Source of the DNA: Actinomycetes bacterium
GTDB lineage: Bacteria > Actinomycetota > Thermoleophilia > Gaiellales > Gaiellaceae
DNA length: 64,000 nt
Direction of reading: 5' to 3'
NCBI GenBank assembly: GCA_026708005.1
Contig: JAPOVR010000030.1
Span: forward strand, 6,933 to 70,932
Below the pieces are notes generated by a model, which saw only the letters and a list, made by a program, of their open reading frames with translations, was not told the DNA's origin and searched no databases. The position numbers and the translations under genes are program-made. Below, in pieces: positions 18,614-26,674 of this stretch; position 1 is the stretch's first letter, and every line of letters begins with the position of its first letter.

Positions 18614-18798
18614 TTGACGAGCTCCAGCGTAGATGACCGACCGAGGAGGTCGCTCTCTCCGCCGACCAGCCAGGGAAAGAGGCAAGGCCTGTGCAACCCC
18701 GGCCTTCACGGAGCGCGGGAGCTGTGAGGCATGGGCTCAACGCCACTTCGGTAGCCGCGCAAGCACCTCGCTTGCGTCAGGCTCCCCTTCCCGCTCTC

Positions 18799-21486
18799 AT
18801 GTTCCCCCTGTCCAGTGATATGCTGACGGAGGGCGCAGTCAACGATCTCGTTCTGTGCTCAACCTGTCACGGCTCGCGGCGCTGGCGCGCTGCTTTCATG
18901 CAAGACGCTCGCTCTCATGCTGTTGTCGGCTCGGACGTAACGAGCCTGGTTGAGTCCGCACACCGCGCGGAGGACTGGGCGGGCGAGCCGTTCCTGAGGA
19001 ACGACGATCTGCCCGAGGAGGTGCTGGCCGCCGGCAAGGCGCGGCGCCAGGCCCTTGATGCGGCTCTGGCTGAGATCGAGGCTGGACGCCGCAGTCCATC
19101 CGCCGACTGGAAAGTCAAGTACGCGCTGATGCTCGGCTTGGAGCGGGTCCTGGGCAGCTCGCCGCCGAAGCTGGCATCAGGCACCGAGCTGCGGCGGCAC
19201 CAGGTCGACGCGCTCGCAGGCATGCTCACCGAGCTCATCGCCCGCCACGAGACGCCCTCGGAAAGCCCCAACGGTGACGCCGGCGAGCTCGTCGTCGTCG
19301 ATGTCGATGAGGACGAGTCGGTCATCGACGAGATCGACGAGGAGCCAGCGCTCGCAGACCCTGGAGCCGAGCGCCGCTACCGGTTCCGTCACCCGACAGC
19401 ATCCGGCAAAACGATCGCCGCGGCCGGGTTCGTCGAGGCGGCGCGCACGATGGGAGTCCTGATCCTGACGCACCGCCGGCTGCTGGTCAGCCAGTTCAAC
19501 CGCGACCTCACGACCGAGGGCTACGGCGAGCGATTCGCCAGCGCGATCACCGGCGGGCACGACCCGCCTGCGGCGAATCCGATCACGATCCAGACGTACG
19601 CGTGGTTCGCGCGACACGTCGACTCGCTCAGCCGCTCTGCCTACCAGCTCGTCATCTGCGACGAGGCCCACACGGCGCTGGGCGAGAAGACGAGCGCGGC
19701 GATCCGGCGACTGACGGAGCCGATCTACATCGGCATGACGGCCACCGAGCAGCTGATTGCCAAGCAGGTCTCCGACGTCTTCCCGGCCTCGGTGGATGAC
19801 CTGCCGCTCGGCGATGCCGCCCGGCGTGGCCTGATCGCACCGCTCAGGAGCCTTCGAGTGCCGCCCGCCGCGGCGGTGTCCTCAGTCCCGATCGTCGGGG
19901 GAGACTACGACCCGGACGCCTTGGCGAAGGTCCTCGACCACGAGCTGATCAACCAGGCCGCTGCGAGCCTCTATCGCGACCGATTCGGCGACACGCCAGG
20001 CATCGTCTACGCGGCCGGCGTCGAGCACGCTTACAACCTCGGCCGCGAGTTCCGTGCAGCCGGGCTCAAGGCCGAGGCGGTCAGCGGCCGCACGCCGCCA
20101 GTCAAGCTCGCCGAGACGCTCGCGGCCTACGAGCGAGGCGAGATCAACGTGCTCATCAACGCCCAGCTGCTCGCCGAGGGTTGGAACTCGCCGAGGGCGA
20201 CGGTGTGCATGCACCTCGCTCCAACGGCCAGCAAGCGCGTCTACCAGCAGCGAATCGGGCGCATCATGCGAACGCATCCCCGGAAGGAGGCCGGGATCGT
20301 CGTCGACTTCGTCGACCCAGCGGCGACGCACAACGAGCGCACCGTGACGATCCACAGCCTGCTCGATAGCGACTTCTACCGGCGCGGTGCGCGAGTCACC
20401 CCAGCGCCACGTCGACGCATTCAGCGCCGCGTGCGGCGCAGGCTGTCACCGGCGTCGTGGCTCGTGCCCGTCACACCCGACCCGACCCGGCGCCTCGCGG
20501 TGATCGCGCGCGAATGGCAGCGCACCAACCCGAGCAAGCTCGCCGACGACGAGCAGAAGGTCTGGGCACGCCTCGCCGGCCGCCAGGTGCGTATCGAGGA
20601 ACGGCAGGCGTTTGCCGAGAAGCTTGCGAAGGCGAGCAAGCAGTGCCGCGAGCTGTTCCTCATGGCATGCGCAGCCGAGAACCCCAACCGCCGGCTCAGG
20701 CTCGCCGCGCTGGGCGATCGCGTCTCCACCTCGGTGAGCCGCGCCGACTTCGACGATCTCGTCACGATCGTCTCCTCCTCACCGACCTGGGAGAACGACC
20801 GCATCCAAGGCCTTCGAATCCTGCTGCGAGCGATCGGCGAGGGGAAGGTCGACGTCTCTGAAGACATCCTCGCGCGGTGGACGTGGCGCCTCGCGAAAGC
20901 AAGTCGCAAGATCCAGGATCGCCAGGCGAGCGCGGAGTTCCCGGAGGCAAAGCGGCTGCTGGGGACGCTCGCGAACTCCCGGCGCCATCGGCATGAGGAG
21001 AACGCGGGGCGGCTGGTGAACGTCGCGCTGGAGCAGCCAATTGTGGTTGCCGCCGCGCTACTTGCATCCGCCGAGGGCTACACGCCAACGGCGCAGCAGC
21101 TCATCGAGCGCGCGCGCGAGCGCATCGGGACGATCCACGAGGTCGCGAACGCCCTCGCCGACAATCTGCCCCAGCCGAAGTCGAGCTCCGAGAAGCGCCG
21201 GCGGCGCAAGAAGCGCAAGAAGGAGAAGAGCGCAGCGGCAGCCGATACTGCCAGCGGGCGGAAAGGCGCTGGCGATCAGGTTCAGCCGGGCTCAGACGCG
21301 CCGGCGGAGATGCAGGGCGAGGTCGAGCCAGACGGGAAGCCCGGCTCACCTCAGCAGAGCAGTCAGCGGCAGCACGAGCAGCAACCCACGCCGGCTGAGC
21401 ACAATGGCGTGCTGGCCGACGCCGACGAGGCTGCCGCACAGGTTACGACCGCGGTGGGCTCGGCTCCGGCCGACCGCCAAGCCTAG
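18799..21486 (+). CDS. SF2 DEAD/DEAH-box helicase (ResIII-like core) with long C-terminal extension and K/R-rich tail
   Basis: Motif I PTASGKT, motif II ICDEAH, GMTAT, and a helicase-C region (QQRIGRIMR). About 380 aa of unassigned C-terminal region ends in SSEKRRRRKKRKKEKS. Start uncertain (18691, 18799, 18820 or later). Confidence 0.8.
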   Translation: MFPLSSDMLTEGAVNDLVLCSTCHGSRRWRAAFMQDARSHAVVGSDVTSLVESAHRAEDWAGEPFLRNDDLPEEVLAAGKARRQALDAALAEIEAGRRSPSADWKVKYALMLGLERVLGSSPPKLASGTELRRHQVDALAGMLTELIARHETPSESPNGDAGELVVVDVDEDESVIDEIDEEPALADPGAERRYRFRHPTASGKTIAAAGFVEAARTMGVLILTHRRLLVSQFNRDLTTEGYGERFASAITGGHDPPAANPITIQTYAWFARHVDSLSRSAYQLVICDEAHTALGEKTSAAIRRLTEPIYIGMTATEQLIAKQVSDVFPASVDDLPLGDAARRGLIAPLRSLRVPPAAAVSSVPIVGGDYDPDALAKVLDHELINQAAASLYRDRFGDTPGIVYAAGVEHAYNLGREFRAAGLKAEAVSGRTPPVKLAETLAAYERGEINVLINAQLLAEGWNSPRATVCMHLAPTASKRVYQQRIGRIMRTHPRKEAGIVVDFVDPAATHNERTVTIHSLLDSDFYRRGARVTPAPRRRIQRRVRRRLSPASWLVPVTPDPTRRLAVIAREWQRTNPSKLADDEQKVWARLAGRQVRIEERQAFAEKLAKASKQCRELFLMACAAENPNRRLRLAALGDRVSTSVSRADFDDLVTIVSSSPTWENDRIQGLRILLRAIGEGKVDVSEDILARWTWRLAKASRKIQDRQASAEFPEAKRLLGTLANSRRHRHEENAGRLVNVALEQPIVVAAALLASAEGYTPTAQQLIERARERIGTIHEVANALADNLPQPKSSSEKRRRRKKRKKEKSAAAADTASGRKGAGDQVQPGSDAPAEMQGEVEPDGKPGSPQQSSQRQHEQQPTPAEHNGVLADADEAAAQVTTAVGSAPADRQA

Positions 21487-21587
21487 CCGACTCGAACCAA
21501 TCGGCAAGACCCTAGGCTCGCACTGCTGCCAACCCAGAGGCGGCAGCCGAAGAGCGCCCGAGCCGACCACCCCGCCGAGCCCGTCAG

Positions 21588-22448
21588 CTAGCTCTCGGAT
21601 TCCTCCTCGCGGCGTCGCCTCGCCTCGTGCTCTCGGAGGAACCGCGTGAGTTCGGCCGCGAGCTTATCGCCGCTCGGCAGATCTTCCGCAGAGATCGTGT
21701 CCACCTGCTCCTCGAGCTCGCTGACGTAGGCGGAGGTCTCCTCGTCGGCAGCCACTGCGGTGCTTACCTGGGCTTCGTAGGACTCGGCCGCCCGCTCAAG
21801 CTCGGAAAGATCGAGCTCGATCGAGAGGAACTCCGCGAGCCGTGTGCACAGCGCGAGAGCTGCCTTCGGGCTCGGGGCAAGCGAGGCGTAATGCGGCACT
21901 GCGGCCCAGAGGCTGGCAGAGGGAAGGTCGGCATGTCGACAGGCGTCGTGGAGCACGCCGACGATGCCGGTCGGCCCCTCGTACTTCGACGCCGCCAACT
22001 CGAGATCACCAACGAGATCAGGATTGCTCGCCGAACCGGTGACGGGCGCCACTCGCGTGTGCGGTACGTCGGCCAGAAGCGCACCGAAGGTGATCAAGAG
22101 CTCGACACCCACCGACTGCGCAAGCGCGAGGATCGTGCTCGTGAACGCCCGCCAGCGGGTGCTCGGCTCGATCCCCATGAGCAGCACGACATCCCGTTCG
22201 GCCCCTGGCACGACCGCGTGGTGGAACGCATTCTCCGGCCACTCAACGCTTCGTGTCATGCCTCCCTCGAGGGTGACCTGCGGCCGGACTGCCTGGAAGT
22301 CGTAGAACTCCTCGGGATCGATGTCGGCAAACCGCTTGGCGCTCCATTCCCGAGCGAGGAAGCTCGTGGCCAGCGATGCCCCCTGCGCACCGTCGTTCCA
22401 ACCGCGAAATGCGGCGATCATGAGCGGCCGACGGAGCTCGGGGCGCAT
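21588..22448 (-). CDS. PAC2 (proteasome assembly chaperone 2-like) family protein
   Basis: LRRPLMIAAFRGWNDGAQGAS... GIEPSTRWRAF ... YEGPTGIVGVL ... WAAVPHY is the characteristic actinobacterial PAC2 pattern. Start trimmed to ATG 22448. Confidence 0.8.
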   Translation of the reverse strand: MRPELRRPLMIAAFRGWNDGAQGASLATSFLAREWSAKRFADIDPEEFYDFQAVRPQVTLEGGMTRSVEWPENAFHHAVVPGAERDVVLLMGIEPSTRWRAFTSTILALAQSVGVELLITFGALLADVPHTRVAPVTGSASNPDLVGDLELAASKYEGPTGIVGVLHDACRHADLPSASLWAAVPHYASLAPSPKAALALCTRLAEFLSIELDLSELERAAESYEAQVSTAVAADEETSAYVSELEEQVDTISAEDLPSGDKLAAELTRFLREHEARRRREEESES

Positions 22449-22464
22449 CTCGATTCGCAGGTGC

Positions 22465-23493
22465 TCAGCGATGGCCAAGAGTGTATTCCTGCCGCACACC
22501 GGCGCGGGCGCCGACCTGCGCGTGCCGTGCGAGCCTCGCCCCGACCGCAACCATGCCGATCCAGACGAGCGTCGCCAGCACGACATGCGCCAAGACGAGC
22601 TCCCATGGCAACCCCGACTCCTTCTGCACCTCCCCGATCACGAGCTGCGCAACGAGGACAGCGAGCACCCCGAGACCGACCCGTAGCTCGACGAGCGTGA
22701 GCCGTCGAAGGCGCCAAAGGCCTGCCAGCAGCCCTGCGAAGCCGATGCCGAACGCTCCGCTGACCCACACGTGCACACGCAGCGCCTCCCAGAAGTCGCC
22801 AAGCCGACGGACACCCTCATCGCCGGCATGGGGGCCGGCAGCCGTGACGAATGCTCCAGTGACGACGAGCACCGCGGCGAGCGGCACGAGGGCAACCGCC
22901 AGCCGCCCCACCCGGCGGACGGTTTGGGAGTTGGGAACAGGCACCGATCCTCCTCGCGCGAATCGCCTGGCCTCCACCGCGACGACGGTTGCAAGCCCGA
23001 GCACGATGAGAGCGAGGAGGAAGTGGCTCATGACCGCGAGCGGGTGCAGGCCGACCCGGACGGTGATACCTCCCAGCGGGATCTGAGCCATCGTGCCGAG
23101 AAGGGCGGCCCCCGCGGTGACCCGCACGTGGCGCGGCAGAGCGCTCACCCGAAACGCACCTATAGCTGCGGCGATCACCGGGAGGATTCCGACAACAACG
23201 ACAACTCGGTTGGCGAACTCGACCGTGGCGTGGAACTCCTGCGCAGGGAGCAAGGTCTCGCCGCAGTTCGGCCAGTTATCGCATCCCAGCCCCGAGTCGG
23301 TCAGCCGCACGACGGCACCGCTGACGGTCACGACAAAGAGCCCTGCGACGGCAGCCTCCGCGAGCCGTTGGAAGCGGGAAGCAGAGAGCGGCCGCAACAG
23401 CCGCAACGGCCAGGTGCGGACAGACGTCCAAATGGCAGCCACCGGCCTCAGTCTACGGCGCGAGACGAGCGGGTTCCGGTACCCACCGGCCAC
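22465..23493 (-). CDS. ctaA: heme A synthase (COX15/CtaA family)
   Basis: Polytopic membrane protein with RLTDSGLGCDNWPNCGE motif and conserved His-containing helices. Confidence 0.8.
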   Translation of the reverse strand: MAGGYRNPLVSRRRLRPVAAIWTSVRTWPLRLLRPLSASRFQRLAEAAVAGLFVVTVSGAVVRLTDSGLGCDNWPNCGETLLPAQEFHATVEFANRVVVVVGILPVIAAAIGAFRVSALPRHVRVTAGAALLGTMAQIPLGGITVRVGLHPLAVMSHFLLALIVLGLATVVAVEARRFARGGSVPVPNSQTVRRVGRLAVALVPLAAVLVVTGAFVTAAGPHAGDEGVRRLGDFWEALRVHVWVSGAFGIGFAGLLAGLWRLRRLTLVELRVGLGVLAVLVAQLVIGEVQKESGLPWELVLAHVVLATLVWIGMVAVGARLARHAQVGARAGVRQEYTLGHR

Positions 23494-23629
23494 TCAGCCC
23501 AAGCAGCTCGCTGGCCGTGCGGGTAGCGCGCCCTGCGCGCAGGTACGTTCCGGGCCGTCGCCTGGAACCGGCGGGGCAAACGCCCATCGTTCGCCTGCGC
23601 GCGGCGCAAGGGGTGGTCGCCTGGGAGAC

Positions 23630-24670
23630 TCAACCGCCCCGTACCTGCACACCCGTCCCCTGCTCGACCCAACCGATGCGGGCGAGCACGAGGCCACGAT
23701 CTCGAAACGCCGCCTCAAGCGCAGCGACGTGCTGCTGCGGAAGCGAGACGAGGAGCCCACCTGCTGTCTGTGGGTCATGGCCCAGGGTGTCGAGCGCATC
23801 GGGAACATCAGCGAGCTCGACCCGGCCGGCGACGAACTCGCGGTTTCTCCTGTCACCACCGGTGCGCACCTGGGCTGCAGCCGCCTCGAGCGCACCCGGC
23901 AAGGCTGGCATCCGCTCGGCCTCTATCACAATGCGGACGCCGCTTCGCTCAGCCATCTCGACCGAGTGGCCGAACAGCCCGAAGCCGGTGACGTCGGTGA
24001 CGGCGCTTGGCTGTGCCGGTCGCAGCAGCTCGGCCGCGGCACGGTTGAGCTTGCACATCTGGGCGACCGCCTCCGCCTGGAGGGCCTCGGGAAGCACACC
24101 CCTGTTGGCCCCGGCCAGCACCAGGCCCGTGCCCAACAGCTTCGTGAGGTAGAGGACATCTCCAGGTTGAGCCGTCGACTTGCGCCAGACGTCGTCGGGA
24201 GCCGCCGTCCCGACGACAGCGAGCCCATACTTCGACTCCTGATCCCGGATCGTGTGACCGCCGGCGAGCAGCCCGCCCGCCTCACGTACCTTCGCGTCAG
24301 CCGCCGCGAAGACCGCGGCAACCGTGTCGTTGTCGAGGTCCTCGCTAAAGGCCGCGACCGAGAGGGCGAGCAAGGGCGCACCGCCCATTGCAAACACATC
24401 GTTCAGGGCGTTGGCGGCCGCGATCGCTCCGAATGTCGCCGGGTCTTCAACGAGCGGCGGGAAGAAGTCGATGGTGAAGATCAGGACACGCTCGTCGTCG
24501 AGCCGATACACGGCTGCATCGTCGCTCGGGGCAAGGCCCACGAGCAGCCTGTCGGAGTCGACGGGGGCAAACCCCCGAACGAGCTCCTCGAGCCGGCGCG
24601 CTGGGAACTTCGCTGCGCAGCCGCCGCCGACGGTGAGGCCAAGCCCGCCCTGGGCCCACGGCGTGCTCAT
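23630..24670 (-). CDS. selD: selenide, water dikinase (Cys-type)
   Basis: MSTPWAQGGLGLTVGGGCAAKFPA (Cys at the catalytic position), SDDAAVYRLDDERVLIFTIDFFPPLVEDPATFGAIAAANALNDVFAMGG, PurM-like fold. Start trimmed to ATG 24670, which overlaps the upstream stop (ATGA). Confidence 0.85.
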   Translation of the reverse strand: MSTPWAQGGLGLTVGGGCAAKFPARRLEELVRGFAPVDSDRLLVGLAPSDDAAVYRLDDERVLIFTIDFFPPLVEDPATFGAIAAANALNDVFAMGGAPLLALSVAAFSEDLDNDTVAAVFAAADAKVREAGGLLAGGHTIRDQESKYGLAVVGTAAPDDVWRKSTAQPGDVLYLTKLLGTGLVLAGANRGVLPEALQAEAVAQMCKLNRAAAELLRPAQPSAVTDVTGFGLFGHSVEMAERSGVRIVIEAERMPALPGALEAAAAQVRTGGDRRNREFVAGRVELADVPDALDTLGHDPQTAGGLLVSLPQQHVAALEAAFRDRGLVLARIGWVEQGTGVQVRGG

Positions 24671-25809
24671 GCGTCCACCAGGTGCTCGACGATCGAGCGG
24701 CGAAGCTCCTCGCTGGAGAAGGCGCCCTCGAACCGATCGCGGATGACGCCGGCCCCGTCGACGATGAACGTCCAGGGCTCGCTCGCGAGCCTCCATTCCT
24801 GCACCCATTCGTTGATCCCGCGGGCCGGATCGTTCTCGTGATAGATCTCGATGTGGATGAAACGGACACCTGTGCCCTCGAGCTCCGCGCGCACCTCGTC
24901 CAGCACGTCGACGACCGGCCCGCAGATGCGGCTGAGGCAGAACGCCGGCGTGGCAAAGGTCACAACGAAGGGGACGGAGGCCTCGAGGGACTGCTTCACC
25001 GAGTAGCGCAGGAGCTCGATTGCGGGCGGGCGCTGCGTCGTGATCTCTCGGGCTTGGGCATCGTCGAGGGTCGGGTTCTCGCTCGGGAACGCCCGGTCTC
25101 CGACCGCCGGCGAGACGGGGTAGGCCCGCACTTGGAGGAATCTCAACGCCTGCACGTCCGCTCCCTCAGGCTCGGCGACGAGCCAGTACACGCCGGGCTC
25201 GTGAAAGGTGACGCGCGCGACGTAGAGGTGCTCGACGTCGAGCTCCGCGGCTGTCTCATCGGCAGGGGCGCTCTCACCGGGGGCGTCGGCGGCTGTCCCG
25301 GCACGGCCCGCTGCAGCTCCGATCGTGATGAGGCGCGCCTGCGTCTCCGCGAGCGGCGTCCCGTCAACCATGCTTGGGTTGATCGTGAACGGTGTCTCCT
25401 TCAGTGCGTCGCCGAACCCGTCGGGCTCACCCGGTACCGCGAGCGGCGCATCCACCCGCCCGACGAGGACGCGGGCGGTTGGACTGAGTACGGGACTCGC
25501 ATCACCTCGAAGCACGAGGAAGGTCACGCGGTTCTCTCCAAGCGCGAGATCCGACACGCCGGGCACCATTGCGACGTCCTCGCCAGGCCGGCCGAGGAGG
25601 AAGTCCGCAAGCGATACCTCGAATGCCGACCCACGGCCGTTGGTTCGCGCGGGCTCGGACGGGATTCGCTCGACCCCTTCCACGATCACACCGCTGTCGC
25701 CGGCACCCGCTCGGGCACCCTCCGTCTCGGCGGAGCTCGAGCTGCCGCAGCCGGCGACGAGGAGCGGGACCGCGAGGGCAGCCTGGATGCTCAAGCAGCG
25801 CACCAGCAC
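24667..25809 (-). CDS. lipoprotein with C-terminal thioredoxin-like domain (FATPAFCLSRICGP)
   Basis: Signal peptide plus lipobox (LLVAGCGSS). The C-terminal ~110 aa resemble a TlpA/redoxin-like fold with Cys-x5-Cys. 4-nt overlap with selD. Confidence 0.6.
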   Translation of the reverse strand: MLVRCLSIQAALAVPLLVAGCGSSSSAETEGARAGAGDSGVIVEGVERIPSEPARTNGRGSAFEVSLADFLLGRPGEDVAMVPGVSDLALGENRVTFLVLRGDASPVLSPTARVLVGRVDAPLAVPGEPDGFGDALKETPFTINPSMVDGTPLAETQARLITIGAAAGRAGTAADAPGESAPADETAAELDVEHLYVARVTFHEPGVYWLVAEPEGADVQALRFLQVRAYPVSPAVGDRAFPSENPTLDDAQAREITTQRPPAIELLRYSVKQSLEASVPFVVTFATPAFCLSRICGPVVDVLDEVRAELEGTGVRFIHIEIYHENDPARGINEWVQEWRLASEPWTFIVDGAGVIRDRFEGAFSSEELRRSIVEHLVDA

Positions 25810-25924
25810 GCGAGCCAGTCTAGCGCCGGCATTCTGCCGGGTGCACCTTGCGCTGGCCAGGGATCCTGGACGGTGGCTAACGTCGGTCTGAGGCAGCTCC
25901 GGCGGCCGGCACGGCCGTGTGGGG

Positions 25925-26063
25925 CCGGTGCAGAGCAGGGTTGGCGCAGGGCTGGCTCAGAGCGAGCCGGCACAGAGTGGGCACAGTTTCGTGACGCTTT
26001 TGTCACACATGGTGCGAAAGGCGTGCGCCTTTCTGGGCTACCCTCCCCCGGGGGTGGGGAGGG
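25925..26063 (-). repeat. dispersed intergenic repeat, copy F
   Basis: 25990-26051 is 52/62 identical (ungapped) to 35358-35419. Hairpins GAAAGGC-GTGC-GCCTTTC and CCCTCCCC-CGGGGGT-GGGGAGGG (26041-26063). Orientation is opposite to copies B/C/H. Confidence 0.7.
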
Positions 26064-26345
26064 GTTCCTCATATGCGGCTCCTGAGCGTCGAGCGGCCTT
26101 CTCAGCGGCTCGGGCGGTATGCGACGGCCGGGCGTCGAGCGGCCTGTCGCAGGAGCTTGGCGACAGGCGGCCGCTGGAACGGCGAGCAGCCTGTCTTAGT
26201 GGCTTGGCAGCCTCGCGTGGGGCAGCGCCGACGCCCGAGTGACAGGCCGCAACACTGGTCGACGACCGCCCGCAAGCCGGCCCCGCACCCTCCCCAGGCC
26301 GCCAGCCCCCGTCAGCCGCCCAACCTTGGCGGCAGCCACAACTGC

Positions 26346-26393
26346 CACACCAAACCACCCCCGCCGGGCCCACACCAAACCACCCCCGCCGGG
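26346..26393 (+). repeat. 2 x 23-nt perfect tandem repeat CACACCAAACCACCCCCGCCGGG
   Basis: Copies at 26346-26368 and 26371-26393, separated by CC. Confidence 0.8.
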
Positions 26394-26674
26394 CTGAGCG
26401 ACCACGCCGAAGGTTCCCCGCCTAGGCGAGCCGCGCGACGATCATCACCGCAGCGGCCAGCCAGGCGGCCCCGAGCAGGAGCAGGAGCGGCGCGAGAGGG
26501 CGCAGAGATGGGCGTGACTCGGGCTTTCCTGGCATGGCGGGAGCACTGTCTTCGGCGCGGACGGCGCCGCTCCTTCTCGAAATTCACGAGTCAGTGAGAA
26601 CAGCCCGTTCTGGCAGCGCGTCGGCATCAGCAGTCGGGCCTCCGGAGCGGTCGGTGAACTACGCTTCAGACCGC

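Noticed and set aside
23630-25809. In-frame TGA (selenocysteine) recoding in selD or its lipoprotein partner
   Set aside because: Both ORFs are uninterrupted. SelD has Cys at the catalytic position. No SECIS-like hairpin assessment was needed.
23093-26085. Long plus-strand ORFs 23093..24841 (582 aa) and 24682..26085 (467 aa)
   Set aside because: Antisense to ctaA/selD/lipoprotein. No motifs; shadow ORFs.
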